Shown here piece by piece: positions 27,698 through 41,571 of a stretch of 64,000 nucleotides of DNA (its first letter is position 1; each line of letters opens with the position of its first letter). This DNA comes from Eledone cirrhosa. Its lineage: Eukaryota. The notes under the pieces were generated by a model. It did not search any database. It was not told the DNA's origin and saw only the letters and a list, made by a program, of their open reading frames with translations. The DNA is taken from NCBI GenBank assembly GCA_964016885.1, contig OZ024759.1, positions 20,150,001 to 20,214,000 of the forward strand, in the 5' to 3' direction. Position numbers and translations under genes: made by a program.

Positions 27698-28223
27698 GTA
27701 TATATATATATTGATAGACTTCGTGAGTGTTTTTATTGGCAGAATGACCCTCACAATGTAGGAAAAGGGTCTTGACGTTTTGGACACAGGTCTTTTATAA
27801 GAAGCTAGACTGAGAAAAAGAGATGACATAGAAAGTTGGAGAGTGAGAAGAGAAAGGAACTAATTTTTTTTTTTTTGTTTTAGACAAAAACTGTGTATTT
27901 AGTCAGTTGTACATGAGTGTAAATATTCCCACAAACACAAGTTATATAAATAGATAGATAAATACATAGACAGATAGATACATAGATAGGTAGATATATA
28001 TATAACTAGATAGATAGATTTTATGTTATATACCATGGGTTGTGCTGTTCAAGATTTTTGGCCAGACTTTTTTCTGGCTAGATGCCCTTCCTGTTACCAA
28101 ATGCTTTACAGAATGGCCTGGGTGCATTTTGTGATGCTAGCTGCATTACAAAGACAAGTAGTTTGAAGACACCCCTCTACCTTATAGGTAGATATTCATA
28201 TGTGCATGTAAGTATATGTGTGG

Positions 28224-28250
<27 letters not shown>

Positions 28251-28254
<4 letters not shown>

Positions 28255-28435
28255 TGAGATTCTACAGGACTAGAACTGTTTCATTCTTGAGAAATCATCA
28301 GGGATTCCTGACGATTTCTAAAGAATGAAACAGTTCTAGTCCTGTAGAATCTCATCTATATTAAAACTTTTATACTCTGCAATGTATTGAGTACCTTACT
28401 TACTGTGGTTACCTCCGATTCAACCCGGAATAACG
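28251..28435 (+). mobile_element. Fold-back short element with degenerate hammerhead core; relatives at 18421-18550, 31691-31878 and 58790-58835 (minus)
   Basis: Hairpin 28251-28358 contains CTGACGA...GAAA (28308-28330). It is followed by the tail tatactct...tgtattgagtaccttacttactgtggtt, shared with 18490-18530; looser matches occur at 31810-31840 and 58803-58834. Confidence 0.6.
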
Positions 28436-28484
<49 letters not shown>

Positions 28485-28549
28485 ATTTATATATATATAT
28501 ATTTATATATATATATATTTATATTTATATATATGTATATATTTATATT

Positions 28550-28580
<31 letters not shown>

Positions 28581-28597
28581 ATATATATATGTTTATT

Positions 28598-28630
<33 letters not shown>

Positions 28631-28664
28631 ATATATATATACATATATATATGTATGTATATAA

Positions 28665-28703
<39 letters not shown>

Positions 28704-28874
28704 CATATCATGATTATATCATGATTATATCATGTATGTATACATACATACTTATATATGTATATGAATATATATAGACAAATGTGTGGGTATATATAGA
28801 TGTGTGGGTATATGTATATATATATATATGCATACAAATATATATGCATATACATATATATTTATATACATTTA

Positions 28875-28920
<46 letters not shown>

Positions 28921-28951
28921 AAAGACTATTTTGAGTTTATAACTCAATATA

Positions 28952-29016
<65 letters not shown>

Positions 29017-29417
29017 CACATTCACACTCACAAACACGCACACCAAAACACGTTCACCACAGAAATCATTTCTTCCAAGCCAACAGTAGCAATTATTGAT
29101 TAAATAATTAGGAGTCTTCCTCTGTTAACCAAACTCCTTCATGTAGAAATGTCACAGGAGTCAGTTCCATCTTGAGGAAAAAGAAAAAAAATGGACAAAT
29201 GGGGATAGTGTGTGGTATGGTGGGGTAGAGAGGAGTCGAAGGAACAGTACAGAAGATGAAGGGAGGTTCAACTCCCATTAATATTATTATGAAATCATTA
29301 TTATTATCATTATTATTGTTGTTGTTGTCGTTGTTGTTGTCGTTGTTGTATCAATTCAATAAATAAATTTACAGAACAACTAAATATATGTATGTATGTG
29401 AAAAATCTGTGCAAGAT

Positions 29418-29455
<38 letters not shown>

Positions 29456-29603
29456 CATGCATATATATATATATATATGTATGTATATACAAATATATAT
29501 ATATATGTATGTATATACAAATATATATATATATATATCCATTCACACACACATATATATACACACACACACACATACATGCATATATATATATATATAT
29601 ATG

Positions 29604-29661
<58 letters not shown>

Positions 29662-30406
29662 CAAATAGATATCTGTATATTTATATAATGCAAATCTTAA
29701 ATTATTTGCTTTTATCAGAAGAGAAATGACTGGAGCATATGATATATTTATGTCTACAATTATTTCTATATACCTGTGTATGTGTGTGTATATCTACATA
29801 TCTATCTATATATGTGTTTATGGGTGTGTATATATATATATATATGTATAGATGTGTGTATATATTTATATGTATGCATATATGTACATATATATATACA
29901 TGTATATATGTATATATACATATAAAAATATATATATATAAATATATATATGATATATATATATATAAATATATGTATGTATGTATCTATATATATGTAT
30001 ATATATATGTATGTATGTATATATGTATGTATATATACATATATATATGTATGGATATATACATATATATGTATGGATATATACATATATATATATATAT
30101 GTATGGATATATACATATATATATGTTTATGTATATATATATATGTATGGATATATACATATATATATATTTATGTATATACATATAAATGTATGTATAT
30201 ATACGTATATATGTATGTATATATACATATATATGTATGTATATATACGTATATATGTATATATACATACATATATGTATTTATATATACATATATGTAT
30301 TTATATATACATATATGTATGGATATATACATATATATGTATGTATATATTTGTATATATGTATGTATAGATACATATATGTATATATACATATATGTAT
30401 GTATAC

Positions 30407-30483
<77 letters not shown>

Positions 30484-30714
30484 TGTATATATATATACAT
30501 ATATGTGTATATATATATTTACATATATATATATTTATGTATATACATATATGTATTTTATTCTTTCACTGGTTTCATCCTTGAAGCAATATAGCTGGTT
30601 ATATCGATCCCACTACTTTTTTTTATGGTTGGTATACTGTCTTTATTGATTTCTTTTGTTGAACTGCTAAGTTATGAGATATATACACACCATAAATATA
30701 AATTCACACTTGGC

Positions 30715-30808
<94 letters not shown>

Positions 30809-31965
30809 GGAGGCACGTGGCTTAGTGGTTAGAGCATTGGCCTTGCAATCGAAAGGTTGTGAGTTCAATTCTCAGACCGGGTGATGTGTTGTTTCCTTGA
30901 GCAAGACACTTTATTTCACATTGCTGCAGTTTAATCAGTTGTAGAAATGCAAAATGGTCGTGGAGGTGCCACGGAAAAAAAGTACCCAGCCCACACTGTA
31001 AAGTGGATGTGTAGGCGCCACAGAAATAAAAGCACCCAGCACTCACTGTACATGAGGTTGGTGTTAGGAAGGGCATCCAACTGTAGAAATCAAGCCAGAA
31101 TCAGTTCCCGTCCCACCCTTGCAAGCAGGGAAAAAGCGGACGTAAAATGATGATGATGATAATGATGATATATCATCATCATCATCATCATCAACGTTTA
31201 ACGTCCGTGTTCCACGCTTGCATGGGTTTGGACGGGGGTAGTCCCACTTGAGGCAAGAGTGATTGTCTTGCTCGCATAGGTTTGGCAGGTTTTCTACAGT
31301 TGGATGCCCTTCCTAACACCAACCACATTTACAGTGTGGGTCTGCGAGGTTTTTACCGTGTTGCCTACACGGCCACATTACAGCGTGGACTGTGTGTTTT
31401 TTTTGTCGTGACACCTACACGATCTCATTTGTTTCGGCCTGGATGGCGCGGCACCAACATAACTTTACATAGAACGGGGTGGTGTGGATGGGGTGGGGGG
31501 ACGGGGGGGAGGGGGTTATATATTTATATATATATATATATAGAACTGGTTACACAACAGTTAGTTCACCATGCCTCGGTATGGTGAACTAACTGTTGTG
31601 TAACCACTTCTGCCTAACTCGTCCCATAGACTGAGTGCTCTACCACTACGGATATTACCTTCTAGTATTCTACCACTATATATATATATATAGGAAAAAG
31701 TATGACCCTGACGGCAGAGCTCAAGCCGTTTTGACGGCTATCTCGAGTCCAGAAATAGCCGTTGAAACAGCTTGAGCTCTGCCGTCAGGGTCATACTTTT
31801 TCCTATTACCTACTCTACTACCCTAAGTATTGAGTACTCTGGTGCGTTATGGTCCATCTGGTTCCTTACCACCTCAGTTATATATATATATGTGTGCATG
31901 TATATGTGTGTACTGTATATATATATATGTATATGTGTGTATGTATATATATATATATATACGTA

Positions 31966-32008
<43 letters not shown>

Positions 32009-32051
32009 ATGTGTGTATGTATATATATGTATGTATATGTGTGTATGTATG

Positions 32052-32084
<33 letters not shown>

Positions 32085-32235
32085 ATGTGTGTATGAATAT
32101 ATATATATATATGTATGTATATGTGTGTATGTATATATATATATATATGTATGTATATGTGTGTATGTATATATATATATATATATATGTATGTATATGT
32201 GTGTATGAATATATATATATGTATGTATATGTGTG

Positions 32236-32276
<41 letters not shown>

Positions 32277-32317
32277 ATGTGTGTATGAATATATATATAT
32301 ATATATGTATATGTGTG

Positions 32318-32370
<53 letters not shown>

Positions 32371-32513
32371 GTGTGTATGAATATATGTATGTATATGTGT
32401 GTATGAATATATATATATATATGTATGTATATGTGTGTATGAATATATATATATATATGTATGTATATGTGTGTATGTATATATATATATATATGTATGT
32501 ATATGTGTGTATG

Positions 32514-32546
<33 letters not shown>

Positions 32547-32697
32547 ATGTGTGTATGAATATATATATATATATGTATGTATATGTGTGTATGTATATAT
32601 ATATATATATATATATGTATATGTGTGTATGAATATATATATATATATGTATGTATATGTGTGTATGTATATATATATATATGTATGTATATGTGTG

Positions 32698-32744
<47 letters not shown>

Positions 32745-32791
32745 ATGTGTGTATGAATATATATATATATATGTATGTATATGTGTGTATG

Positions 32792-32824
<33 letters not shown>

Positions 32825-32846
32825 ATGTGTGTATGAATATATATAT

Positions 32847-33036
32847 GTTGGAGAGCGACCGATACTTAGAAAGTTTGCCCTCCGCAGCCCGAAGTACAGC
32901 AGAACCTGAGTTAGTTGCAGATTGCACCAGGTTGGAGAATAATGTTGCTGCAAGTGGCATCTCAGATGAGGGGTTTGCCACCACAGAACGGGAAGATGGT
33001 CATACTGTCAGGCCTTTTGCCGTCCCCTCAGTCAGT
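32847..33036 (-). mobile_element. Fragment of an RLE-type (CRE-like) non-LTR retrotransposon endonuclease domain
   Basis: Minus-strand translation [28 protein letters not shown], then after a frameshift [28 protein letters not shown]. This matches the DGKRPDG...WDATC...AE..K..KY restriction-like endonuclease motif. Confidence 0.75.
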
Positions 33037-33169
33037 ATATGAAAAGACTAGAAATAAATAAATCAAGCATGCTTTGCTGATTGTCTAATGTTTTATTTTG
33101 GGAGTCATTACTCTCCTAGATAGGTTACCTTCACTGTGATTTAAGGTGAAATTAGGACATCTGTGAACC

Positions 33170-33846
33170 AGAATTCTCTCGCCTCTTTCTGTTTAAACTG
33201 GCTGTAACCGGCCACTCATACAGATGTTAAGGTATTGTTCTCAAAATAAATAATATCAAAATCTCATAGATTCGACATTATGTGAGGTAAAGCCTTTAAC
33301 CCTTTAGCATTTAAACCGGCCATATCCGGCCAGAATTCTCTCACCTCTTTCTGTTCAAACTGGCTGTAACCGGCCACTCATACAGATGTTAAGGTATTGT
33401 TCTCAAAATAAATAATATCAAAATCTCATAGATTCGACATTATGTGAGGTAAAGCCTTTAACCCTTTAGCATTTAAACCGGCCATATCCGGCCAGAATTC
33501 TCTCACCTCTTTCTGTTCAAACTGGCTGTAACCGGCCACTCATACAGATGTTAAGGTATTGTTCTCAAAATAAATAATATCAAAATCTCATAGATTCGAC
33601 ATTATGTGAGGTAAAGCCTTTAACCCTTTAGCATTTAAACCGGCCATATCCGGCCAGAATTCTCTCACCACTTTCTGTTCAACCAGCCATAACTGGCTGC
33701 TCATACCTACATTAAGGTATTGTTCTCAAAATAAATATCATCAAATCTCATAGATTTGACATTATGTGAGATAATCATGTAAGGTAAAGCCTTCACTGCA
33801 AAAATACAATAGTAAATATAGTGTAATATAAATGCTAAAGGGTTAA
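33170..33846. repeat. Tandem array of truncated piggyBac-like MITE units (~162 bp)
   Basis: About four head-to-tail copies of ttaaccctttagcatttaaaccggcc...gaggtaaagcct. The last copy is complete and ends aatgctaaagggttaa. Confidence 0.85.
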
Positions 33847-35241
33847 GTCGATGTTCTAATTAACTCTAGACGAGGGTGCTCTGAAAACATTGATGTCTGA
33901 CTAAGAACAGGGTGGGTAAAATTGAGGGTGTTACAACTGTGTTTGCCTGCATATGAAGTGGGATGTTCCATGGTATTGAGATATGGGCAGTGAAGACAGA
34001 GAATATGTGAAGGCAAAGAAGAAATAAATGAATTGAGATACTTAGCTGATTGTGTAATGATGAAACACAGATTATTTGAGAGAAAAAAAATAAAGATGAG
34101 TATAATAGGAATTAGATATAGTGTGCTAGAGGGAGGAGAGCACTGGTACAGACATGTAGTATACATGGTGGGTGATTGTTGGGTGGTAGAAGAGTGTGAA
34201 GATGATGTGGAATGGTTGGGGTGGGCTGAGAGACCAGACTAGATTTACCAATACAACCACCTCCACCTACAACACCATCATCATTTCCACCACCACCACC
34301 ACCACCACCATCATTGACATCACCACCATCATCATTGCCACCACCACCATCACCATCAACATTGCCAATACAACCACCACCATCATTACCACCACCACCA
34401 TCATCATTGCCAACACCACCACCAGCACCACCACCACCATTGCCACCACCACCACCACCACCATCAACATTGCCAATACACCACCACCTCCATCATTGCC
34501 ACCACCACCACCATCAACATTGCCAATACCACCACCACCACCTTCATTGCCATCACCACCACCACCACCACCTTCATTGCCATCACCACCACCACCACCA
34601 CCTTCATTGCCATCACCACCACGACCAACAACAATAACAACTCCACCACTAACATTGCCAATACCACCACCACCATCATTACTAATACCACCACCACCAT
34701 CACCATTGCCATCACCACCACCACCATTGCCATCACCACCACCACCACCACCACCACCATTGCCATCACCACCACCACCACCACCACCACCATTGCCATC
34801 ACCACCACCACCACCACCACCACCATTGCCATCACCACCACCACCACCACCATCACCATTGCCATCACCACCACCACCACCATCACCATTGCCATCACCA
34901 CCACCACCACCACCATTGCCATCACCACCACCACCACCACCACCACCACCATTGCCATCACCACCACCACCACCACCATCACCATTGCCATCACCACCAC
35001 CACCACCACCATTGCCATCACCACCACCACCACCACCATTGCCATCACCACCACCACCACCACCATCACCATTGCCATCACCACCACCACCACCACCAAT
35101 CTGTCTCAGACACTTACTAATGTACTTAATCAGAAAAAAAAAATACACACACACACACACACCAAGCCATATATATATACAAGCATACATACACGTGCAC
35201 AGACACCAAATATATATACACACACACATACAGACACCAAG

Positions 35242-35274
<33 letters not shown>

Positions 35275-35388
35275 AGCATACATACACATCCAAGCGTCAA
35301 TCCATACATACACTCAAACATGTGCACACATACATATATATATACATATATACATACTTAGACACACTAACACACATACATATATAAT

Positions 35389-35445
<57 letters not shown>

Positions 35446-35455
35446 TTACAGAGAA

Positions 35456-35487
<32 letters not shown>

Positions 35488-35488
35488 T

Positions 35489-35593
<105 letters not shown>

Positions 35594-36497
35594 ATATACC
35601 TTTATATATATATACATATTTACAGAGAAACGCACACACACATATATATCTGTGTGTGTGTTTCTCTGTAAATATGTGTGTGTATATATATATACACATA
35701 TTTACAGAGAAACACACACATACACACATATATATATATATATAGTAATAATAATAAATTTGATTGTCTTTGCGCACAATTGTTCGCCCCGCACCACATA
35801 ATGACGTATTATCTTCGTTTTTTCCGTTCAATGCCAGAGAACGTCTCCACGAACCACCTAATAGAATATTAGTCTACGACTTCTTTTATACCATAAACGT
35901 GGTTTTGTCGTTGCGTGTAATTGTTTTTCACCGCTCCTATTAATGACGTATTATATTCGTTTTTCCCGTTCTTTGCCAGCGAACGTTTCCACGAACCAAA
36001 GTATTGTCTTCCTGTCTTCCTCCGGTTGCAATGTTTTTTGAAATATTCACTTCTGCGTTCACAGATTGACTTTGTTAGTTTCAGAAGATCACGTTAAGGG
36101 TGAAAGCAGCGATTCTTTGCTTAAACTTTAATCTGTTATTTTAATAAATATATATATATATATCATCATCATCATCATCATCATCACCGTTTTACGTCCG
36201 TTCTTCCACGCTAGCATGGGTTAGACGGGTTGTCCTGTTGTGGGCAGTGTCTGGTCGGCTGACCATGCCTTGCTCATACAGGAACTGATTTGGCTTCATT
36301 TCTACAGCTGAATGCCCTTCCTAACACCAACCTCATTTACAGTTAGTGCTGGGTGCTTTTTCGTGGTGCCTACACATCCACTTTACAGTGTGGGTTGTGT
36401 GCTTTTTTGCCGTGGCACCTCCACGACCACCTTGCGGTGTGGGGGCATATATATACAATATATTAACAAATGGAAACTATATTTATAAAACCATATT

Positions 36498-36563
36498 TAT
36501 TTTATTATACATATTTCAAGGGCCACCAAGGCAAAATATGGTGCGCTTTCATCAGATAAAATA
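36498..36563 (-). ncRNA. Type I hammerhead ribozyme motif, same subfamily as 26398
   Basis: Minus strand reads TATTTTAT-CTGATGA-AAGCGCACCA(tattttgcct)TGGTGGCCCTT-GAAA-TATGTA-TA-ATAAAATA. Stem I is a perfect 8 bp and the 3' half GAAATATGTATAATAAAA is identical to the 26398 copy. Confidence 0.7.
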
Positions 36564-36724
36564 CAATACAATACAATATATAAAAGTATATATATATATA
36601 TATATATACTTTTAATATATATATATATATTGTTATACTTGGGGAGGGTCATATTTGTGTAATATTGCCAGAATTAATAACAGAACACACTCACACACAC
36701 ATATATATACATATTTACAGAGAA

Positions 36725-36784
<60 letters not shown>

Positions 36785-37356
36785 GCATATATACACACAT
36801 ATTTACATCAAAACACTAACACACACACACGTATATATATATATATATACATACATGGCCAGCATATATGCATATTTAAAACCAAGAATGAAGCAGTGAT
36901 AACTACAAACATTGCTAGATAACTACAAACATTGCCAACCCACCATCTATCATCAGACCACTGCCACCACCACCACCACCAGCCTCCATCAATCCCCCAC
37001 CCTCCAGTCCTTCCCTGTCTTCTGATGTATCTAAATCAGCTAAAAGCCATTAGTGTGTGACTGATCTGGTGCATATTTAGCTGTAGCATAAGACAAAGAA
37101 TGTCATGGATAATATGAGATGGAAGCTTTAAACAAGTTTATTAATGCTTATAACACAAATTAGACTCCTCATCAGATTAACATATCTATATATGTGTGTG
37201 TGTGTGTGTGTATATGTGTATGTGTGTGTGTGTATATATATATATGTGTGTATATGTGTGTATATATATATGTGTGTATATATATATATATACATACATA
37301 TATATATATATACATATATATATACATATATATATACATATATATATATATATGTG

Positions 37357-37387
<31 letters not shown>

Positions 37388-37404
37388 ATATATATATACG
37401 TGTG

Positions 37405-37436
<32 letters not shown>

Positions 37437-38654
37437 TATATATGTATATATATATACATATATATATATGTATATATATATATATACACATACATACACA
37501 GACACACACACACACATACATATATACATATATACACATACATGGACATACAGACACACACGCATATATACATACAGAGACACACACATACATATATAGA
37601 CACAGAGATACAGACACACACATACACATGCATATATACATATATAGATATATACACTTGGACATACAGACACACATATATACATACACAGACACACACA
37701 CATACATATATAGACACAGATACACAGAGACACACACATATATAGACACAGATACACAGACACACACGTACATACATACACATACATACATACATACACA
37801 TACACATACACATATATAGATGTATACACATACATGAACTTACAGACACACACACAGACACACACATACACAGAGACACACATACAAATATATTGACATA
37901 GATGGACAAACATATACAGTACACATATATTGACATATATGGACATACAGATGCACACATACATACATAGATATACATAGACAAATACACATATACTTAT
38001 ACACATATCTAGACATACATGGACATACAGAAACATACATATTAACCCTTTAGCATTCACATTACTCTATAAATACTATTATATTTTCATGGTAAAGGCT
38101 TTACCGCACATAATTATCTCACATAATAATGAATGTATGAGATTTTGAAAGTATTTATTTTGGGAACAATACCATAACATCAGTATGAGTGGCCAGTTAC
38201 AGCCAGTTTCAACAGAAAGAGGTAGAGAATTCTGGCCGATTTTGGCCGGTTTGAACACTAAAGGGTTAAGGTGGCCCTTAGCAATAGGTAATTTTTTGAA
38301 AGTTAAATTTTTGATTCTACAGGCCTAATCCTGTTCCAATCAACAAAAAAAAAATGGTGTGCAAAATTTCAGCTCAATTGGACAACTGTTAGGTGACCCT
38401 CAAACACCTTGAAGTTGGAACATAGTATACGCAACAATTATTTCTGTTCAAAAACGGTATACTGTCCCCTATCTCGACCATTTTCTTTTTTCTTCTTCGA
38501 GAAATTTCTGTGCACACATCCAGGCAACCCCAGCAAATGTTTAAAAACGTTCGGAATTAAATTTACCAACAGTTAATTTGAAATGCTCTGCTACCTCCCC
38601 TCCCATCGCTCCCTTTCCTCCCTACCCCCTCCTCTTTTTTCCTCCTTCCTCTCC

Positions 38655-38990
38655 TTGCTCGCCTTTTCTCATTGCTCTCCTTTTATCCTTGCTCTCTTTT
38701 TATCCTTGCTCTCCTTTTCCCATTGCTCTCCTTTTATCCTTGCTCTCCTTTTCCCATTGCTCTCCTTTTATCCTTGCTCTCCTTTTCTCATTGCTTTCCT
38801 TTTCCCATTGCTCTCCTTTTCCCATTGCTCTCCTTTTATCCTTGCTCTCCTTTTCTCATTGCTCTCCTTTTCTCATTGCTCTCCTTTTATCCTTGCTCTC
38901 CTTTTCTCATTGCTCTCCTTTTATCCTTGCTCTCCTTTTATCCTTGCTCTCCTTTTCTCATTGCTCTCCTTTTATCCATGCTCTCCTTTT
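38655..38990. repeat. 17-18-bp pyrimidine minisatellite
   Basis: Repeated ttgctctccttttatcc / ttgctctccttttctca. Confidence 0.9.
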
Positions 38991-39829
38991 TTCGTTTATA
39001 TTACTCAATACCTAGTACTCATTTGTCTCAGCTGTCAACCACATACAAATTTATGTATATTAGGGTGACCCTTAGCAATAGGTACAGGATGTTAAGAGTT
39101 AATTGAAATGGAAAGTATCTGATAAGAATTATGGACACGGAAGGGTTAAGGGTACATTTATTACTCCCTCCCTCCCCCTCTATCTCCCTTCATCTCTCTT
39201 TCTTCCTTTCTCTTCTCTCTCTCTCTAGCATTCTTTCATTCTCCTTCTCTCTCCCTCCTTCCCCCTCTTTCTCTCCTTCATCTCTTTCACCTTCCCGTCA
39301 TCTTTTTTCTCTCACCATCCCTCTCTCTCCCTCCCTCTCTCTCTCCCTCCCTCTCTCTCTCCATCCCTCTCTCTCCCTCCCCCTCTCTCTCCCTCCATCT
39401 CCCTCTCTCGCTTCATCTCCCTCTCTCGCTTCATCTCTTTCTTTCTCTCTTTCTCTCTTCCCCTCTCTCTCTTTAGCACTCTTTCATTCTCCCTTCCTCT
39501 TTCTTCCTTCCTTCTCTTCCTCCCTCCCACACACCCACTTCCCCATCATTACTACCCCACCTCCCACTCCCCACCGCCACCCCATGTCTCCAATAACCTA
39601 ATACCAGTTATATCCACTGTCCACTTCTTCTGGCCAGGCAATAAATACAACTCAAGACAGAAACTGAGCTTCAGGAGAATTGAAGGACATTTTAGCTGCT
39701 ATTTCTAGTGTGTTGTTGAGAGACCACTTTGAGACAGCCTTGTTTGGTGTGAGTGGAGTGGAGTGTTTGCTGGGTGTGGTAAGTGGAGTGGATGTTTTGA
39801 GTGGAGTAGGTGTTGTGAGTGGAGTGGGG

Positions 39830-40490
39830 GCTGCAAGTGTAGTAGATGTTGAGTGCAGCAGATATTTTTAGTGCAGTTAATGTTGTAAATGCAGTTGATG
39901 TGAGTACAGCAGACGTTATGAGTGCAGTAAATGTTGTGAGTACAGCAGATGTGAGTACAGTAACTGTTGAGTACAGCAGCTGTTGTGAGTGCAGTATATG
40001 TTGAGTACAACAGCTGTTGTGAGTGCAGTATATGTTGAGTACAACAGCTGTTGTGAGTGCAGTATATGTTGAGTACAACAGATGTTGTGAGTGTAGTATT
40101 TGTTTAGTACAGCATCTGCTGTGAGTGCAGTATGTTGTAAGTGCTGCCGATGTATTGAGTGCAGTAGATGCCGTGAGTGCAGCAGATGTTGTGAGTGCAG
40201 TAGATGCTGTGAGTGCAATATCTTGTAAGCGCAGTATATGCTGTGAGTGCAGTAGATGCTGTAAGCGCAGTAGAGGCTGTGAGTGCAGTAGATGCTGTAA
40301 GCGCAGTATATGCTGTGAGTGCAGTAGATGCTGTAAGCGCAGTAGAGGCTGTGAGTGCAGTAGATGTTATGAGTGCAGTAGATGATGTAAGCGCAGTAGA
40401 GGCTGTGAGTGCACTGGAGGGTGTGAGTGCAGTGGGTTCAATAAGTGCAGTAAGCCTAAGTGAGTGTTGAAGGTGCAGTAAGTGCAGTGT
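39830..40490. repeat. ~18-bp degenerate minisatellite
   Basis: Repeated gagtgcagtagatg(t/c)tgt. Confidence 0.85.
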
Positions 40491-41571
40491 GTTAAACGAA
40501 GATGAGAGGATAATGGGGAGTTATTCTTATCAGATACTTACATCTGTATTATCTGTACATTTCGTTGTGGTAGCATTGGTTCTACATCTTGTGTCTCTGG
40601 TGGTGGTGGTGGTGGTGGTGGTGTTGGTGGTAGTGTTGGTGGTAGTGATATTGGTGATGGTATTAGTGGTGGTGGTGGTCGTATTTGTTCTACAGTATCT
40701 TGTATCTCTGGAGGTGGTGGTGGTGGTATGTGTTCTACAGTATCTTGTATCTCTGGAGGTGGTGGTAGTGATATTGGTGGTGGTGGTAGTGGTGGTAGTG
40801 GTCGTACTGGTGGTGGTGCTAGTGGTGGTGGTGGTGTTTGTTCTACAGTATCTTGTATCTCTGGAGGTGGTGGTGGTGGTATGTGTTCTACAGTATCTTG
40901 TATCTCTGGAGGTGGTGGTAGTGGTCGTACTGGTGGTGGTGCTAGTGGTGGTGGTGGTGTTTGTTCTACAGTATCTTGTATCTCTGGAGGTGGTGGTGGT
41001 GGTGGTGGTGGTGGTATTTGTTCTACAGCATCTTGTATTTGTTGGTGGTGGTGGTGGCAGTGGTGGTGGTGGTAGTGGTGGTAGTAATGTGATCTGATTG
41101 ATTGATTGATTTTAGCCTCCTCCCACCACCACCACACCACCAACACCATCGCCATCATACCATCACACCACCACACTACCACCATCACACACCCTCATCA
41201 TACCACAACCACCACCACCATCACACCACCACCACCCTCACACCACCACCACCCTCACACCACCACTATCATTACACCACCACCAATACCACACCACCAC
41301 TACCATCACACCATCACCATCACGCCACCATCATCATCACGCCACCATCATCATACCACCACCACCCTCACACCACCACCATCATTACACCACCACCATC
41401 ATTACACCACCACCATCACACCACCACCATCACACCACTATCATTACACCACCACGATTATACCACTACCATCATACCACCACCGCCATCACACCACCAT
41501 CATCACACCACCACCACAACAACAACAACAACCAGCTGTATTTTTTAGTGCAGTGGTACTTCTCTAACAAC

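Noticed and set aside
30809-30880. tRNA gene
   Set aside because: A and B boxes are present, but there is no complete cloverleaf and it continues into the SINE body; it is a SINE head.
34196-35100. Proline-rich extensin/formin-like ORF
   Set aside because: It is a (CCA)n-derived repeat with ttgccatca interruptions running into (TA)n; no credible exon boundaries.
39675-39749. Possible extra exon (ELKDILAAISSVLLRDHFETALFG followed by GTGAGT)
   Set aside because: The acceptor is weak, the phases are incompatible with the flanking phase-1 junction, and the two HEATR4-like exons already join contiguously.
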